From: a virus
Virus record (IMG/VR): IMGVR_UViG_3300032020_000845
Span: 32,001-96,000 of that record
Reading direction: 5' to 3' (one strand)
Length of the DNA stretch: 64,000 nt
Within the stretch, counting starts at the first letter, position 1; each line of letters begins with the position of its first letter. The notes beneath the pieces were generated by a model, which did no database searches, was not told where the DNA came from, and worked only from the letters and a program-made list of their open reading frames with translations. Shown in pieces: positions 10,067 to 19,096 of the stretch. The translations under genes were made by a program, and so were the position numbers.

Positions 10067-10652
10067 TTTTTTTGAAATTCCAAAGATACCTCTCCAAAAT
10101 GATTCATTAACTAAGATTGATTGGCTTGCCAATCAATTTTACAAAACAGAAGATAGCTACTATATAAATACACTAATTTGTATTGCTATTCCATATATGC
10201 GAAAGGTTGCAAGTTCTTTTTGTAGAAATACTGAAGATGCTAAAGAGTTATGCCAAGAATTAAAAATAGATTTATTAAGATTACTTCGTAAATGGAAACC
10301 AAAAGAGAAAATGCGTTTTAATTATATAATGCGGCGGCAATTTTATAATTTTTCTTGTAATTTTATTAGAAAATTAAAGAAAGTTTCATTTGTTGATGTT
10401 GAATTATTTCAACAGGAATTGCTAGACACAAATGATTTTATGAAAGATTATGAAATAACAGATTTAGTTAAAAAATTGCTGAGTTTAGTGGATGATAAAA
10501 CAAAACAAATTCTTACTTTATTTTTAAGTGGTGTTACCACTTATGAGCAAATAGGAAAAGAACTTAGTGTCACTGGTGTAACGGTACGTAATAGAATATT
10601 AGGATGTAAACCTTTGATATTAAAAATATTAAGAGAGGGAAAAAATGTATAA
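10041..10652 (+). CDS. sigma70/ECF-like RNA polymerase sigma factor
   Basis: region 2-like EDAKELCQE and region 4 HTH TYEQIGKELSVTGVTVRNRI. Confidence 0.72.
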   Translation: MIQIKIRNNFFEIPKIPLQNDSLTKIDWLANQFYKTEDSYYINTLICIAIPYMRKVASSFCRNTEDAKELCQELKIDLLRLLRKWKPKEKMRFNYIMRRQFYNFSCNFIRKLKKVSFVDVELFQQELLDTNDFMKDYEITDLVKKLLSLVDDKTKQILTLFLSGVTTYEQIGKELSVTGVTVRNRILGCKPLILKILREGKNV

Positions 10653-11055
10653 AGTCGTTAAAGAAGTTAAATGGGACGCCGCTCATAGATTATTAAATTA
10701 TGATGGTCTCTGTTCACATATTCATGGTCATTCTTTCAGAGCTCTTTTTACATATGAGTGTAGTATTCTTAATAAAGATGGGATGGCTATTGATTTTAAT
10801 ACCATAAAAAATAAAATTCAAAAATGGGTTGATGAGTATTGGGATCATGCTTTTATGTTAAATAGTAAAGATCCTCTTGTAAAGATTTTAAGTAAATATG
10901 AGGATAGAATTTGGATTATGCAAGGAAATCCAACGGCTGAAAATATGGCTAATTTTTTATTTATGAAATTTAAGTATACATTTCTAGAAGTTAATTTAAG
11001 GAGTGTTGAAGTTTTTGAAGGGCCGAAATCAAGTGCTATATATGAAGAAGGATAA
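10645..11055 (+). CDS. queD: 6-carboxytetrahydropterin synthase QueD
   Basis: AAHRL, CSHIHGHS, WDH and PTAEN motifs. Confidence 0.93.
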   Translation: MYKVVKEVKWDAAHRLLNYDGLCSHIHGHSFRALFTYECSILNKDGMAIDFNTIKNKIQKWVDEYWDHAFMLNSKDPLVKILSKYEDRIWIMQGNPTAENMANFLFMKFKYTFLEVNLRSVEVFEGPKSSAIYEEG

Positions 11056-11065
11056 GGAGAAAATA

Positions 11066-11866
11066 ATGATCGAAGAACAATTACCTGATATTCAAGCGTC
11101 AAAAGATATTCGTGAAGTGCATTTACATCGAGTTGGAGTTGAAAATGTTAGTTTTCCTATATTAGTAACAAAAAAAGAAAAAAGACAGTATCAAACAACT
11201 CAAGCAACTATTTCAATGTATGGAGATCTTGAAAAAGAAATAAAGGGAATTGATATGAGTCGTTTTCTTGAGGTTCTAATGCAATATCGTTATAAAGTAA
11301 TGAATTCAAAGAAATTAAAAAAGTTTTTAAAAGAATTAAAAAGCAGACTTAAAACAAGAGATGCTTATGTTGTTGTTAGTTTTAAATATTTCATTCCCAA
11401 AGAATCTCCTATAAAAAAAGTGAAAGGAATTCAAGGGTATGATTGTTCTTTTGTTGCTCGTTTGACTTCCGACAAATATGATTTTTATCTTGAGGTAGCT
11501 GTTCCAATAACTACTTTATGCCCTTGTAGTAAAGAAATAAGTAAGTATGGGGCTCATAATCAAAGAGCGGTTGTAATAGCTCGTATAACATTTTCAGAAA
11601 AGCCTTTGTGGATTGAAGATATTGTTTCTTTATTAGGATCAATGGGCAGTTGTGATATTTATCCTGTGTTAAAAAGACCGGATGAAAAATTTGTTACAGA
11701 AAAAGCATTTAAAAATCCAAAGTTTGTGGAGGACGTTGCTCGAGATACTGCTCTTGCGTTGAATAAAATATCTAGTGTTGAAGGATACAGCATTAAGGTA
11801 ATGTCATTTGAAAGTATCCATACACACAATGCTGTTGCATATTTTAAAAAAAATTGGAGTTTTTAG
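11066..11866 (+). CDS. folE2: GTP cyclohydrolase I type B (FolE2)
   Basis: LPDIQ, MSRF, TTLCPCSKEIS, GAHNQR, NPKFVED and ESIH motifs; AAGGAG RBS before ATG 11066. Confidence 0.95.
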   Translation: MIEEQLPDIQASKDIREVHLHRVGVENVSFPILVTKKEKRQYQTTQATISMYGDLEKEIKGIDMSRFLEVLMQYRYKVMNSKKLKKFLKELKSRLKTRDAYVVVSFKYFIPKESPIKKVKGIQGYDCSFVARLTSDKYDFYLEVAVPITTLCPCSKEISKYGAHNQRAVVIARITFSEKPLWIEDIVSLLGSMGSCDIYPVLKRPDEKFVTEKAFKNPKFVEDVARDTALALNKISSVEGYSIKVMSFESIHTHNAVAYFKKNWSF

Positions 11867-12492
11867 TGGAAGTACCTTCTATTTTTTTTGGAGTGGATGA
11901 AGTAGGTGTAGGTTGTTTAGCTGGTCCTGTTGTTGCGGGAGCTGTTGTATGGCAGAATTCTTATGCTTGGAATATAGTGGGTTTAAATGATTCTAAAAAA
12001 TTAACTTTGAAACAGCGCGAAAAAGTTTTTCAGCAATGTAAGGAATTAAATATTGTATTTGCAACAGGATCTGCTGATGTTAATGAAATAGAAAAATTGA
12101 ACATTTATCATGCAACTAGATTAGCAATGAAAAGGGCAATCGATTTAGTGATTCCTCGAAGGCCAACAATTCCAAGTATTGGTTTGATTGATGGCAAGGG
12201 ATATATAGAAGGTTTAGAGATAGAACAAAAATGGATAGTAAAAGGAGATGAAAAAGAGCCCGCGATTATGATGGCCTCTATTGTTGCTAAAGTATTGAGA
12301 GATAGATATATAAAAAGTTTGGTTGATCAGTTTCCTGAATATGAAGTATATGGTTGGAGAACTAATATTGGTTATGGAACAAAAAAACATCTTGAAGCAA
12401 TTAAAAAATATGGTTTAACGCCTTTTCATAGGAAAACTTTTCAACCAATTAAGCAATGGTTGGAGGAGGGAATAATAAATGCCGCAAACTAA
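11854..12492 (+). CDS. rnhB: ribonuclease HII
   Basis: GVDEVGVGCLAGPV, NDSKKL, IDG, KGD, ASIVAKVLRD, GYGT and HRKTF motifs. Confidence 0.95.
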   Translation: MEFLVEVPSIFFGVDEVGVGCLAGPVVAGAVVWQNSYAWNIVGLNDSKKLTLKQREKVFQQCKELNIVFATGSADVNEIEKLNIYHATRLAMKRAIDLVIPRRPTIPSIGLIDGKGYIEGLEIEQKWIVKGDEKEPAIMMASIVAKVLRDRYIKSLVDQFPEYEVYGWRTNIGYGTKKHLEAIKKYGLTPFHRKTFQPIKQWLEEGIINAAN

Positions 12493-13210
12493 AACATTAG
12501 ATATTAGTGAGATTTTTTGTTCGATACAAGGAGAAGGAATTTATACTGGAGTTCCCTCAATTTTTATAAGACTTCAGGGATGTTCTAGTCATTGTATTTG
12601 GTGTGATACTAATTTTGGGCAAAATAAAAACTTAGGGAAAAGAATGACAAATGAAGAAATTTTGAACAAAATTTCTGAATATAAATATATAAATCATATT
12701 GTAATCACAGGAGGAGAACCGACTGAACAAATGGAAGGTTTAAGAGCTTTTTTATCCTTCCTTTCGGCTCATTTTTTTGTAACCGTTGAAACAAATGGAA
12801 CAATAAATCCTTTTGATTTTGACCCTTATGCTTACGTAGATAAATGGGTTAGTTTATGGTCTGTAAGTCCAAAACTTCAATCAGCAAAAGCAAAACGTAA
12901 GTATAATTTTTGTGCTATAGAGGCTATGCTTTTGCATAAAGCTCAGTTGAAGTTTGTAATTAGTGATGAGAAAGATATTGAAGAAATGTTTGAGTTATTA
13001 CAAAGGTTTATGAAGGTTCCCCCTGTAATTATTGTTCAACCAAACGGACAGGAAGAAGGAAAGACATGTTCTCCTGAGGAATATTCAAAACGAGCTGATT
13101 GGTTAGTTAATATTTTGTTGGATAAATATATTGATTATTTTGATAAATATGATATTAGGATAATGCTTCAAACACATAAAGTAATTTGGGGCAATAAAAG
13201 AGGAATGTAA
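12479..13210 (+). CDS. queE: 7-carboxy-7-deazaguanine synthase QueE (radical SAM)
   Basis: SIQGEG, RLQGCSSHCIWCDT, TGGEP, ETNG, SPK and QTHK motifs. Confidence 0.93.
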   Translation: MPQTKTLDISEIFCSIQGEGIYTGVPSIFIRLQGCSSHCIWCDTNFGQNKNLGKRMTNEEILNKISEYKYINHIVITGGEPTEQMEGLRAFLSFLSAHFFVTVETNGTINPFDFDPYAYVDKWVSLWSVSPKLQSAKAKRKYNFCAIEAMLLHKAQLKFVISDEKDIEEMFELLQRFMKVPPVIIVQPNGQEEGKTCSPEEYSKRADWLVNILLDKYIDYFDKYDIRIMLQTHKVIWGNKRGM

Positions 13211-13689
13211 TGAAAACAGAAAAAATATCTTGGAACTATTATTTTCAATTAATTAATAAGCTTATAGAAATAATATCGGTTCATGTGGAAGAAAAGTTTG
13301 ATCTTGTTGTGGGTATTTCGCGTGGAGGTCTTATTCCTGCTATGCTGATGTCTCAAGATTGGAATGTTCCTTTAGATGTAATAGTAACAAGATTTTATGA
13401 CAAAAAGAACCAGCGCTCTATGTTGAAAGTTGGAAATCCTTCATACTTATGTTTTAAAGATATTAATTTTGATAGTAAAATATTAATTGTTGATGACCTT
13501 GTTGATAGTGGAAAGACTATGAAGGCTGTTGTTGATTTATACAAAAAAAAGGGTTTCAAGAACATTAGGACAGCTGTATTGATTTATAAACGAAGTTCTG
13601 AATTTGACCCAAGATATTTTGCCGCTGGTGCAGATGAAGATACTTGGATTGAGTTTCCATATGAACGATTTGAAGGAGATATAAAATGA
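13210..13689 (+). CDS. type I purine phosphoribosyltransferase (Gpt-like)
   Basis: GISRGG, PRPP-binding LIVDDLVDSGKT, C-terminal WIEFPYE. Confidence 0.9.
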   Translation: MKTEKISWNYYFQLINKLIEIISVHVEEKFDLVVGISRGGLIPAMLMSQDWNVPLDVIVTRFYDKKNQRSMLKVGNPSYLCFKDINFDSKILIVDDLVDSGKTMKAVVDLYKKKGFKNIRTAVLIYKRSSEFDPRYFAAGADEDTWIEFPYERFEGDIK

Positions 13690-14372
13690 GTGAGGCAATT
13701 TTTCTTTTAAGTGGTGGTTTAGATTCTACTACATTGTTTGTTTTTATATTAGAAAAAGGTTGGGCGCTTTATCCTTTAAGTATTAATTATGGTCAAAAAC
13801 ATTCTGTTGCAGAAATAGCTTCAGCAACGCGCCTTTGGGCAAGATATCAACATAAATATGGAGAAAAGAAAGTAGGAGACTTAAAAATTTTAAATTTTAA
13901 TTTATCTCAAATAGGACATAGTGCATTAACTGATAAAAATTGGAAAGTTCCAAACAATATGAAAGATCAAATTAAAACTGTAGTTCCTTTTCGAAATACT
14001 ATGTTAATGACATTAGCTGCTGCTTATGGAGAGTCTTTAGGTTTAAGTCCTATAAATATTTTTATGACTCCTGTAAAAGAAGATTTTGCGTCATATAGAG
14101 ATTGTCGTAAACCTTTCTTTACTTGTTTAGAAAAAACATTAAGTTTAGGATCTACTTATGGCGTAGATGTTCACATTTATACACCGTTTGTTGAAAACAC
14201 AAAAGCAGAAATTATTGATATAGGTACTAAATTGGATGTTCCATATCATTTAACTTATTCTTGTTATGAAGGAACTCAACCCTCTTGTGGTAAATGTCCT
14301 GCGTGTATTGAAAGATTAGAAGCATTTAAAGCAAATGGTTTATCTGATCCTTTAGAATATAGAAAGGAGTAA
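13686..14372 (+). CDS. queC: 7-cyano-7-deazaguanine (preQ0) synthase QueC
   Basis: LSGGLDS, YGQKH, VPFRN, YRDC and SCY...CGKCPAC motifs. Confidence 0.93.
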   Translation: MSEAIFLLSGGLDSTTLFVFILEKGWALYPLSINYGQKHSVAEIASATRLWARYQHKYGEKKVGDLKILNFNLSQIGHSALTDKNWKVPNNMKDQIKTVVPFRNTMLMTLAAAYGESLGLSPINIFMTPVKEDFASYRDCRKPFFTCLEKTLSLGSTYGVDVHIYTPFVENTKAEIIDIGTKLDVPYHLTYSCYEGTQPSCGKCPACIERLEAFKANGLSDPLEYRKE

Positions 14373-14376
14373 AGTT

Positions 14377-14940
14377 ATGAAATTTAAATTTTTGGATAAA
14401 GAAATAAAATATGATGGATCTCAATTGCATTCTCATTTTAATTATGAGAATGGTCTTGAAGGGAATAGCATTTCTTGTTTTTTTGGGCCTGCGGAAGTTA
14501 AAGAACATTTGGTAGATTGCGAAGATAAATTAAAAAATGATTTTATTAATAGTGCATATATGATGCATTTTATAATTGAAATTTTTGAGGCTTCTTTGAG
14601 AGAAGCAGTTGTATGGCAAAGATTATTTATTGCTCAAATTGCCGCTTTTTTAAAGAAATGTTGTTTGGTGTCTCATGTTGCTTATCGAGGAGATGATATT
14701 TTTATTGATAATAAAAAATTGTCTGTTTCGATTGCAACAAAATCTCCAGTTTCATGTCTTATTCACGTTGGATTAAATATTGAGGTAGGAGATGAATGTC
14801 CTGTTCTTGCTGTTGGATTTAATGATTTTGATGATTATGGGTATGCTTTAAGAGACGTTGCTCATATGTTGATGGCTGCCTTTGTGGAAGAATTTGAGGA
14901 TATTCAGAAAGCTTGTTATAAGGTGAAAGGAGTACAATGA
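14377..14940 (+). CDS. DUF366-like protein (biotin/lipoate-ligase-like fold)
   Basis: YDGSQL, LVDxED, HFIIE, QRLF, GDDI, KLSVSIAT and HVGLN motifs, recalled as the DUF366 pattern. Confidence 0.75.
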   Translation: MKFKFLDKEIKYDGSQLHSHFNYENGLEGNSISCFFGPAEVKEHLVDCEDKLKNDFINSAYMMHFIIEIFEASLREAVVWQRLFIAQIAAFLKKCCLVSHVAYRGDDIFIDNKKLSVSIATKSPVSCLIHVGLNIEVGDECPVLAVGFNDFDDYGYALRDVAHMLMAAFVEEFEDIQKACYKVKGVQ

Positions 14941-15299
14941 AGCCTTTTATAGTTGCAATAGATTTTGATGGAACAATCGTTGAAGATAAATATCCTAATA
15001 TTGGTCCTTTAAAGGAAAATGCTGTTTCTTGTATTAAATTATTGAAAGAATTGGGGTGTTATATTATAGTAACATCTTGTCGCACAAGTCCAAATAGAAC
15101 TTCAAGTGTAACTGAGAGAAGTTTACAAAGACAAATTATGCAAAAATTTTTAAGAGAAAATGATATTCCTTATGATTGGGTTGATGATGGTACTCAAGGT
15201 AAAGTAGTTGCTGACATTTATGTTGACGATCGTGCTATTAGATTTGAAAATAATTGGGATGAAATTGTTAGAATAATAAATTTAATGTTAGGAGAGTAA
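14937..15299 (+). CDS. HAD-superfamily phosphatase
   Basis: IDFDGT motif I, TSCR, K..ADIYVDDRA. Confidence 0.85.
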   Translation: MKPFIVAIDFDGTIVEDKYPNIGPLKENAVSCIKLLKELGCYIIVTSCRTSPNRTSSVTERSLQRQIMQKFLRENDIPYDWVDDGTQGKVVADIYVDDRAIRFENNWDEIVRIINLMLGE

Positions 15300-15300
15300 A

Positions 15301-15780
15301 ATGTTAAATTGGTTTTTAAATTTTCTTTATAAATTTACATTTCCAAGAAATATAAAATGCTCATTGATTCGTTCAGACGCTAAAATTCCAACTCAAGCGT
15401 ATGAATATGACGCTGGGTGGGATTTATATGCAGTTGAAGATATTATAATTCCTTTTGGTTGGTGTAAAGAAGTACATACTGGGGTATGTTTTGAAATTCC
15501 TCCTGGGTGGGTAGGTATAGTTTCTACTCGTAGTAGTTATGGAAAAAAGGGCAGAGCTGCACACCATGGAATTATTGACCCTGGATATAGGAATGAGGTG
15601 TCTATTTTTATTCGAAATAGTGTTCAGTATACACATAAAGTGGAATCTATTAACATTTTAAAAGGGGATAAGGTTGCCCAAATTCTTTTTTTTAAATTAC
15701 CGAAAGTCAATTTAATTCAAGTTGGGCGGCTTTCGGAAAGTGAAAGAGGAAAGAAAGGACACGGCAGTAGTGGTAGATAA
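15301..15780 (+). CDS. dut: trimeric dUTPase
   Basis: AGWDL, RSS, GIIDPGYR, KVAQ and ERGKKGHGSSG motifs. Confidence 0.93.
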   Translation: MLNWFLNFLYKFTFPRNIKCSLIRSDAKIPTQAYEYDAGWDLYAVEDIIIPFGWCKEVHTGVCFEIPPGWVGIVSTRSSYGKKGRAAHHGIIDPGYRNEVSIFIRNSVQYTHKVESINILKGDKVAQILFFKLPKVNLIQVGRLSESERGKKGHGSSGR

Positions 15781-16142
15781 AACAACTACATTTATTTGTT
15801 TAAAGGAGGGAATATGGTTTTAGATGATCTTATTCCAGAATTAGAATTGGATATTATTCCAGCAGAAGATGGAGAGCTTCAAGTTGAGTTAATGCATAAA
15901 GAATTTTTTAAATATTTGAAGGAAAACGAAATTCTGGATTTAGATATAAATTTTATTACATCGCGAGAGTTGAAGGGGTTTGTTGAAAACCTTTATGAGA
16001 AATATAAACTTTATAAAGTCAATAATTAGATAAGACATTGAGGAGAAACAATGTTAAAAGGTTTTATAGATTATTTGCTTATTGTATTGTGGATTAGTTT
16101 TATTCTTTATTTTTGGTATGAATGGCTTCGAGAGTAAATATT

Positions 16143-16160
16143 TGTGTATAATATATTAAA
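16143..16160 (+). promoter_or_regulatory. putative extended -10 promoter, GTGTATA(A/T)TATATTA motif copy 1
   Basis: same motif upstream of genes at 21924 and 23071. Confidence 0.55.
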
Positions 16161-16184
16161 ATGAATGGGAAAAGAGGTGAAGAA

Positions 16185-16481
16185 ATGAAGAAGTTAATTT
16201 TGTTATTCGTTGGTCTTTTGATTGTATTATTCAGTTTTAGTTGTTCCAAATGTTCCACCTGTCCTGGAGGAGATATGTGTGGAGATGTTAATGGTGATGG
16301 TCAAGTAAACCGGAAGGATTGGATTTCTTTGTCGAATTATCTATTTAATGGCGGTTCTATGGTTTGCCTAACCTGCGCAGATGTCAATTCTGATCATAAG
16401 ATAGACATGGAGGACGCTACTATTTTGTCACATTATTTGCTTGATGGAGAACCCGTACTTAATTGCTCGTTAGAAGAATAA
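16185..16481 (+). CDS. lipoprotein with a dockerin-type (paired EF-hand) domain
   Basis: signal peptide ending FSFSC; GDVNGDGQVNRKD..LSNYLF and ADVNSDHKIDMED..LSHYL. Confidence 0.8.
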   Translation: MKKLILLFVGLLIVLFSFSCSKCSTCPGGDMCGDVNGDGQVNRKDWISLSNYLFNGGSMVCLTCADVNSDHKIDMEDATILSHYLLDGEPVLNCSLEE

Positions 16482-16552
16482 GAAGCTAAAAAAGAAAGTT
16501 ATTAGGATTAGAACAAAGTAGTAATAGAAGAGATATAAAAGGAGGAAGTAAA

Positions 16553-17086
16553 ATGAAGTTCACAAAAATTTTGTTAGCAGTAGTTTTAGTTGGTTTTATG
16601 TGGTTATCAGCCTTTGGATTTGATCCTCCAAAGGGATTGAAATGGAATATGGCATTCGTTGAAGTTGATTCTGTTTTGCAATTAAAATTGAAACCTTTAG
16701 GTGAGTTCCGAGGGTATCATATTTTTTCTTGTGGAAATATGTTATTTGGGTTTTTAAATACAAACAAATTAGCAGTTGTCAGGGCAGATACTTTCTTTTA
16801 CGAAAATTCACTTGAAAATGCAAACAAGTTTATTGATAGTTTAGAAAATGTGTATGGAGATACCGTCCTTGTTTTTGGTGAAATTGGAATAGAAGAAGAT
16901 CTATATTTTAAATTTGATATTGTTAAAAGGTATTTTTTTGTGGATGCGGACACTTCACAACTTTTAGTAGTTAGGTCAGATAAATCTTCAAATACTCTTT
17001 CTTGGATAAGAGTACAATATGAATCTCCTCTTTTTGTACAATTAAAAGAAAAGGATAGAAAAAAAGAAATTAATTTTGGGAGATAA
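16553..17086 (+). CDS. secreted hypothetical protein
   Basis: N-terminal signal peptide MKFTKILLAVVLVGFMWLSAFG. Confidence 0.65.
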   Translation: MKFTKILLAVVLVGFMWLSAFGFDPPKGLKWNMAFVEVDSVLQLKLKPLGEFRGYHIFSCGNMLFGFLNTNKLAVVRADTFFYENSLENANKFIDSLENVYGDTVLVFGEIGIEEDLYFKFDIVKRYFFVDADTSQLLVVRSDKSSNTLSWIRVQYESPLFVQLKEKDRKKEINFGR

Positions 17087-17115
17087 ATATTAAAATGAAA
17101 GAAAAGGAGGATAAA

Positions 17116-18177
17116 ATGTTAAAGTTTAGTTCTCTGGTATTAGTGTTGTTATTGATGTTTATTCCTAATTGTTCTAAAAATCCGGTTATTTCTCAGGTTG
17201 AACCGAAAACAGATATAACAACTTACAGGTTGATTACTGATCCATACATGAGAATCGAAACTGATACTGTTTTTGTTATCGATACTATTTTCACTACAGA
17301 CACTGCTATCGTTGCTATTGATACAATTGCTACAATGAGAGGGGATCTAGATTTAGATGGAGATGTTGATTGGGACGATTGGGGTAGCTTAAGTGAGCTT
17401 TTAACGTATCCCAAAGTACCCTATGGAAAAAACATAGATGTGAATGGAGATGGTAGAATAGATAATGGCGACTTAGTGTATTTGGGAAATTACTTGCAAG
17501 GAACGGTCATGGTCTACATCTATGACACGACTATTATTTTCGACACGGCCTTTGTTCCAGATACTGTATTTCAGTCATACGTTGTTGTTATTGTTGATAC
17601 TATTTTTATAGCTGATACCGCTTTTGTTATTGATACTGTTATTAATACTACTTTGATTGCTACAATGCGTGGAGATTTAGATTTAGATGGAGATGTAGAT
17701 TGGGATGATTACAGTGATTTAAGTGAACTCTTATCTTATCCTAACGTACCTTATATAAAAAGTGCGGATGTAAATGGTGATAATAAAGTAAATAATAACG
17801 ATCTGGTATATCTAGGGAAATATTTACAAGGAACAGGACCAGCACCAATATCGGATACGTCCTTTGTTTATGATACTATTTTTATTCCAGATACGATATT
17901 TGTTTTTGATACTACTTTCATTTCAGATACGTCCTTTGTTTTAGACACTGTTTTTACGATTGACACTGTTATAGTTGTTGATACTGTTTTTAGTGTTATC
18001 GATACTATTATCGTAGAAGGGCAAGCCCCGATCTCTGATATGATTTTTATATACGATACTACCTTTACTCAGAACGTGAGGTTTGTTCTAGACACTCTTT
18101 TTGTCGCAGACACTATTTTTACATATGAGAAGAATGTTCATAGTATAAAGGATAAGAAAGAAAGACTCAGGAGATAA
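17116..18177 (+). CDS. lipoprotein with two dockerin domains and 22 DT-x repeats
   Basis: signal peptide then CSKNP; duplicated RGDLDLDGDVDWDD...DVNGD..DLVYLG.YLQG; DT motif about every 6 residues. Confidence 0.78.
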   Translation: MLKFSSLVLVLLLMFIPNCSKNPVISQVEPKTDITTYRLITDPYMRIETDTVFVIDTIFTTDTAIVAIDTIATMRGDLDLDGDVDWDDWGSLSELLTYPKVPYGKNIDVNGDGRIDNGDLVYLGNYLQGTVMVYIYDTTIIFDTAFVPDTVFQSYVVVIVDTIFIADTAFVIDTVINTTLIATMRGDLDLDGDVDWDDYSDLSELLSYPNVPYIKSADVNGDNKVNNNDLVYLGKYLQGTGPAPISDTSFVYDTIFIPDTIFVFDTTFISDTSFVLDTVFTIDTVIVVDTVFSVIDTIIVEGQAPISDMIFIYDTTFTQNVRFVLDTLFVADTIFTYEKNVHSIKDKKERLRR

Positions 18178-18362
18178 AAAATAAATAGAAAAGACGTAAT
18201 CGGATATATTATCCACATATTAAAAAAGATATTTTCGCGTAAATATCGTCGATATTTACAGTATGTTGACTTGCAAGCAAAGATTGCTAAAATGGAACAT
18301 ATGATAGAGTTGAAGTTAGATCCATTTAAAGCAGTTAAAAAAATTGATGAAAAGAATTGGTG

Positions 18363-19091
18363 ATGATAAAAGATAAGAATTTTATAAATACCATTGAAAC
18401 ATACGAATCTATTAAGAAAATTATTAAGCCTGGTGATGTAATAAATCAATCAAATAGTCCAGAATGGTGGCAATTTTGGTTAGCATTTACTCATTTAGCA
18501 ATTAAATGGTATCAAAGGGAATTATTTGGAAGCAATTCTATTTGGAAAGATACTCATAGTATGTTATATTTAGATGAGAATAATACTTTTTCTGTTGAAT
18601 TTCCAAAAGTTGTGATGAAACCTCTTCGAGATTATTATTTATCAGATTTTACTATTTATAGAATGGACCTGACCAATCTAAACGAAATATGTGTTGAGAT
18701 CTTAAGGGATACTGCTTTGCAAATGATTGGGGAGGATTACGATGTTGGACAACTATTAGATATTGGAATAAACGAGATATTAGGATATCATTTTCAACGG
18801 AAGTTAAGTCTTTTTGATTTTGGAAGAAAAAGAAAGGTCTGTAGTGTGGGGGTTAGAATTTGTTTTGAAAATCTCGGAAATCAAGTTAGGACACCATTTG
18901 GGAAATCAACAAAACCTGGTAAATGGCTGTTCCACGATTTGAATCCAAGCATGTGGACTAAAAGAGAAATTGAGGAATATAGAGGAACAGATGTGGAAGC
19001 AACATCTCCAGCACATTTTGCTAATTCTAATTATTTTTGTAATGAGTTTAGATTAATTGCTAAGTTTAGTAAAGGAAAACAAATACTTTAA
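18363..19091 (+). CDS. permuted papain-like (NlpC/P60, YiiX-like) protein
   Basis: PGDVI, THS, YD and VCS in the permuted His-before-Cys order. Confidence 0.55.
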   Translation: MIKDKNFINTIETYESIKKIIKPGDVINQSNSPEWWQFWLAFTHLAIKWYQRELFGSNSIWKDTHSMLYLDENNTFSVEFPKVVMKPLRDYYLSDFTIYRMDLTNLNEICVEILRDTALQMIGEDYDVGQLLDIGINEILGYHFQRKLSLFDFGRKRKVCSVGVRICFENLGNQVRTPFGKSTKPGKWLFHDLNPSMWTKREIEEYRGTDVEATSPAHFANSNYFCNEFRLIAKFSKGKQIL

Positions 19092-19096
19092 AAATT

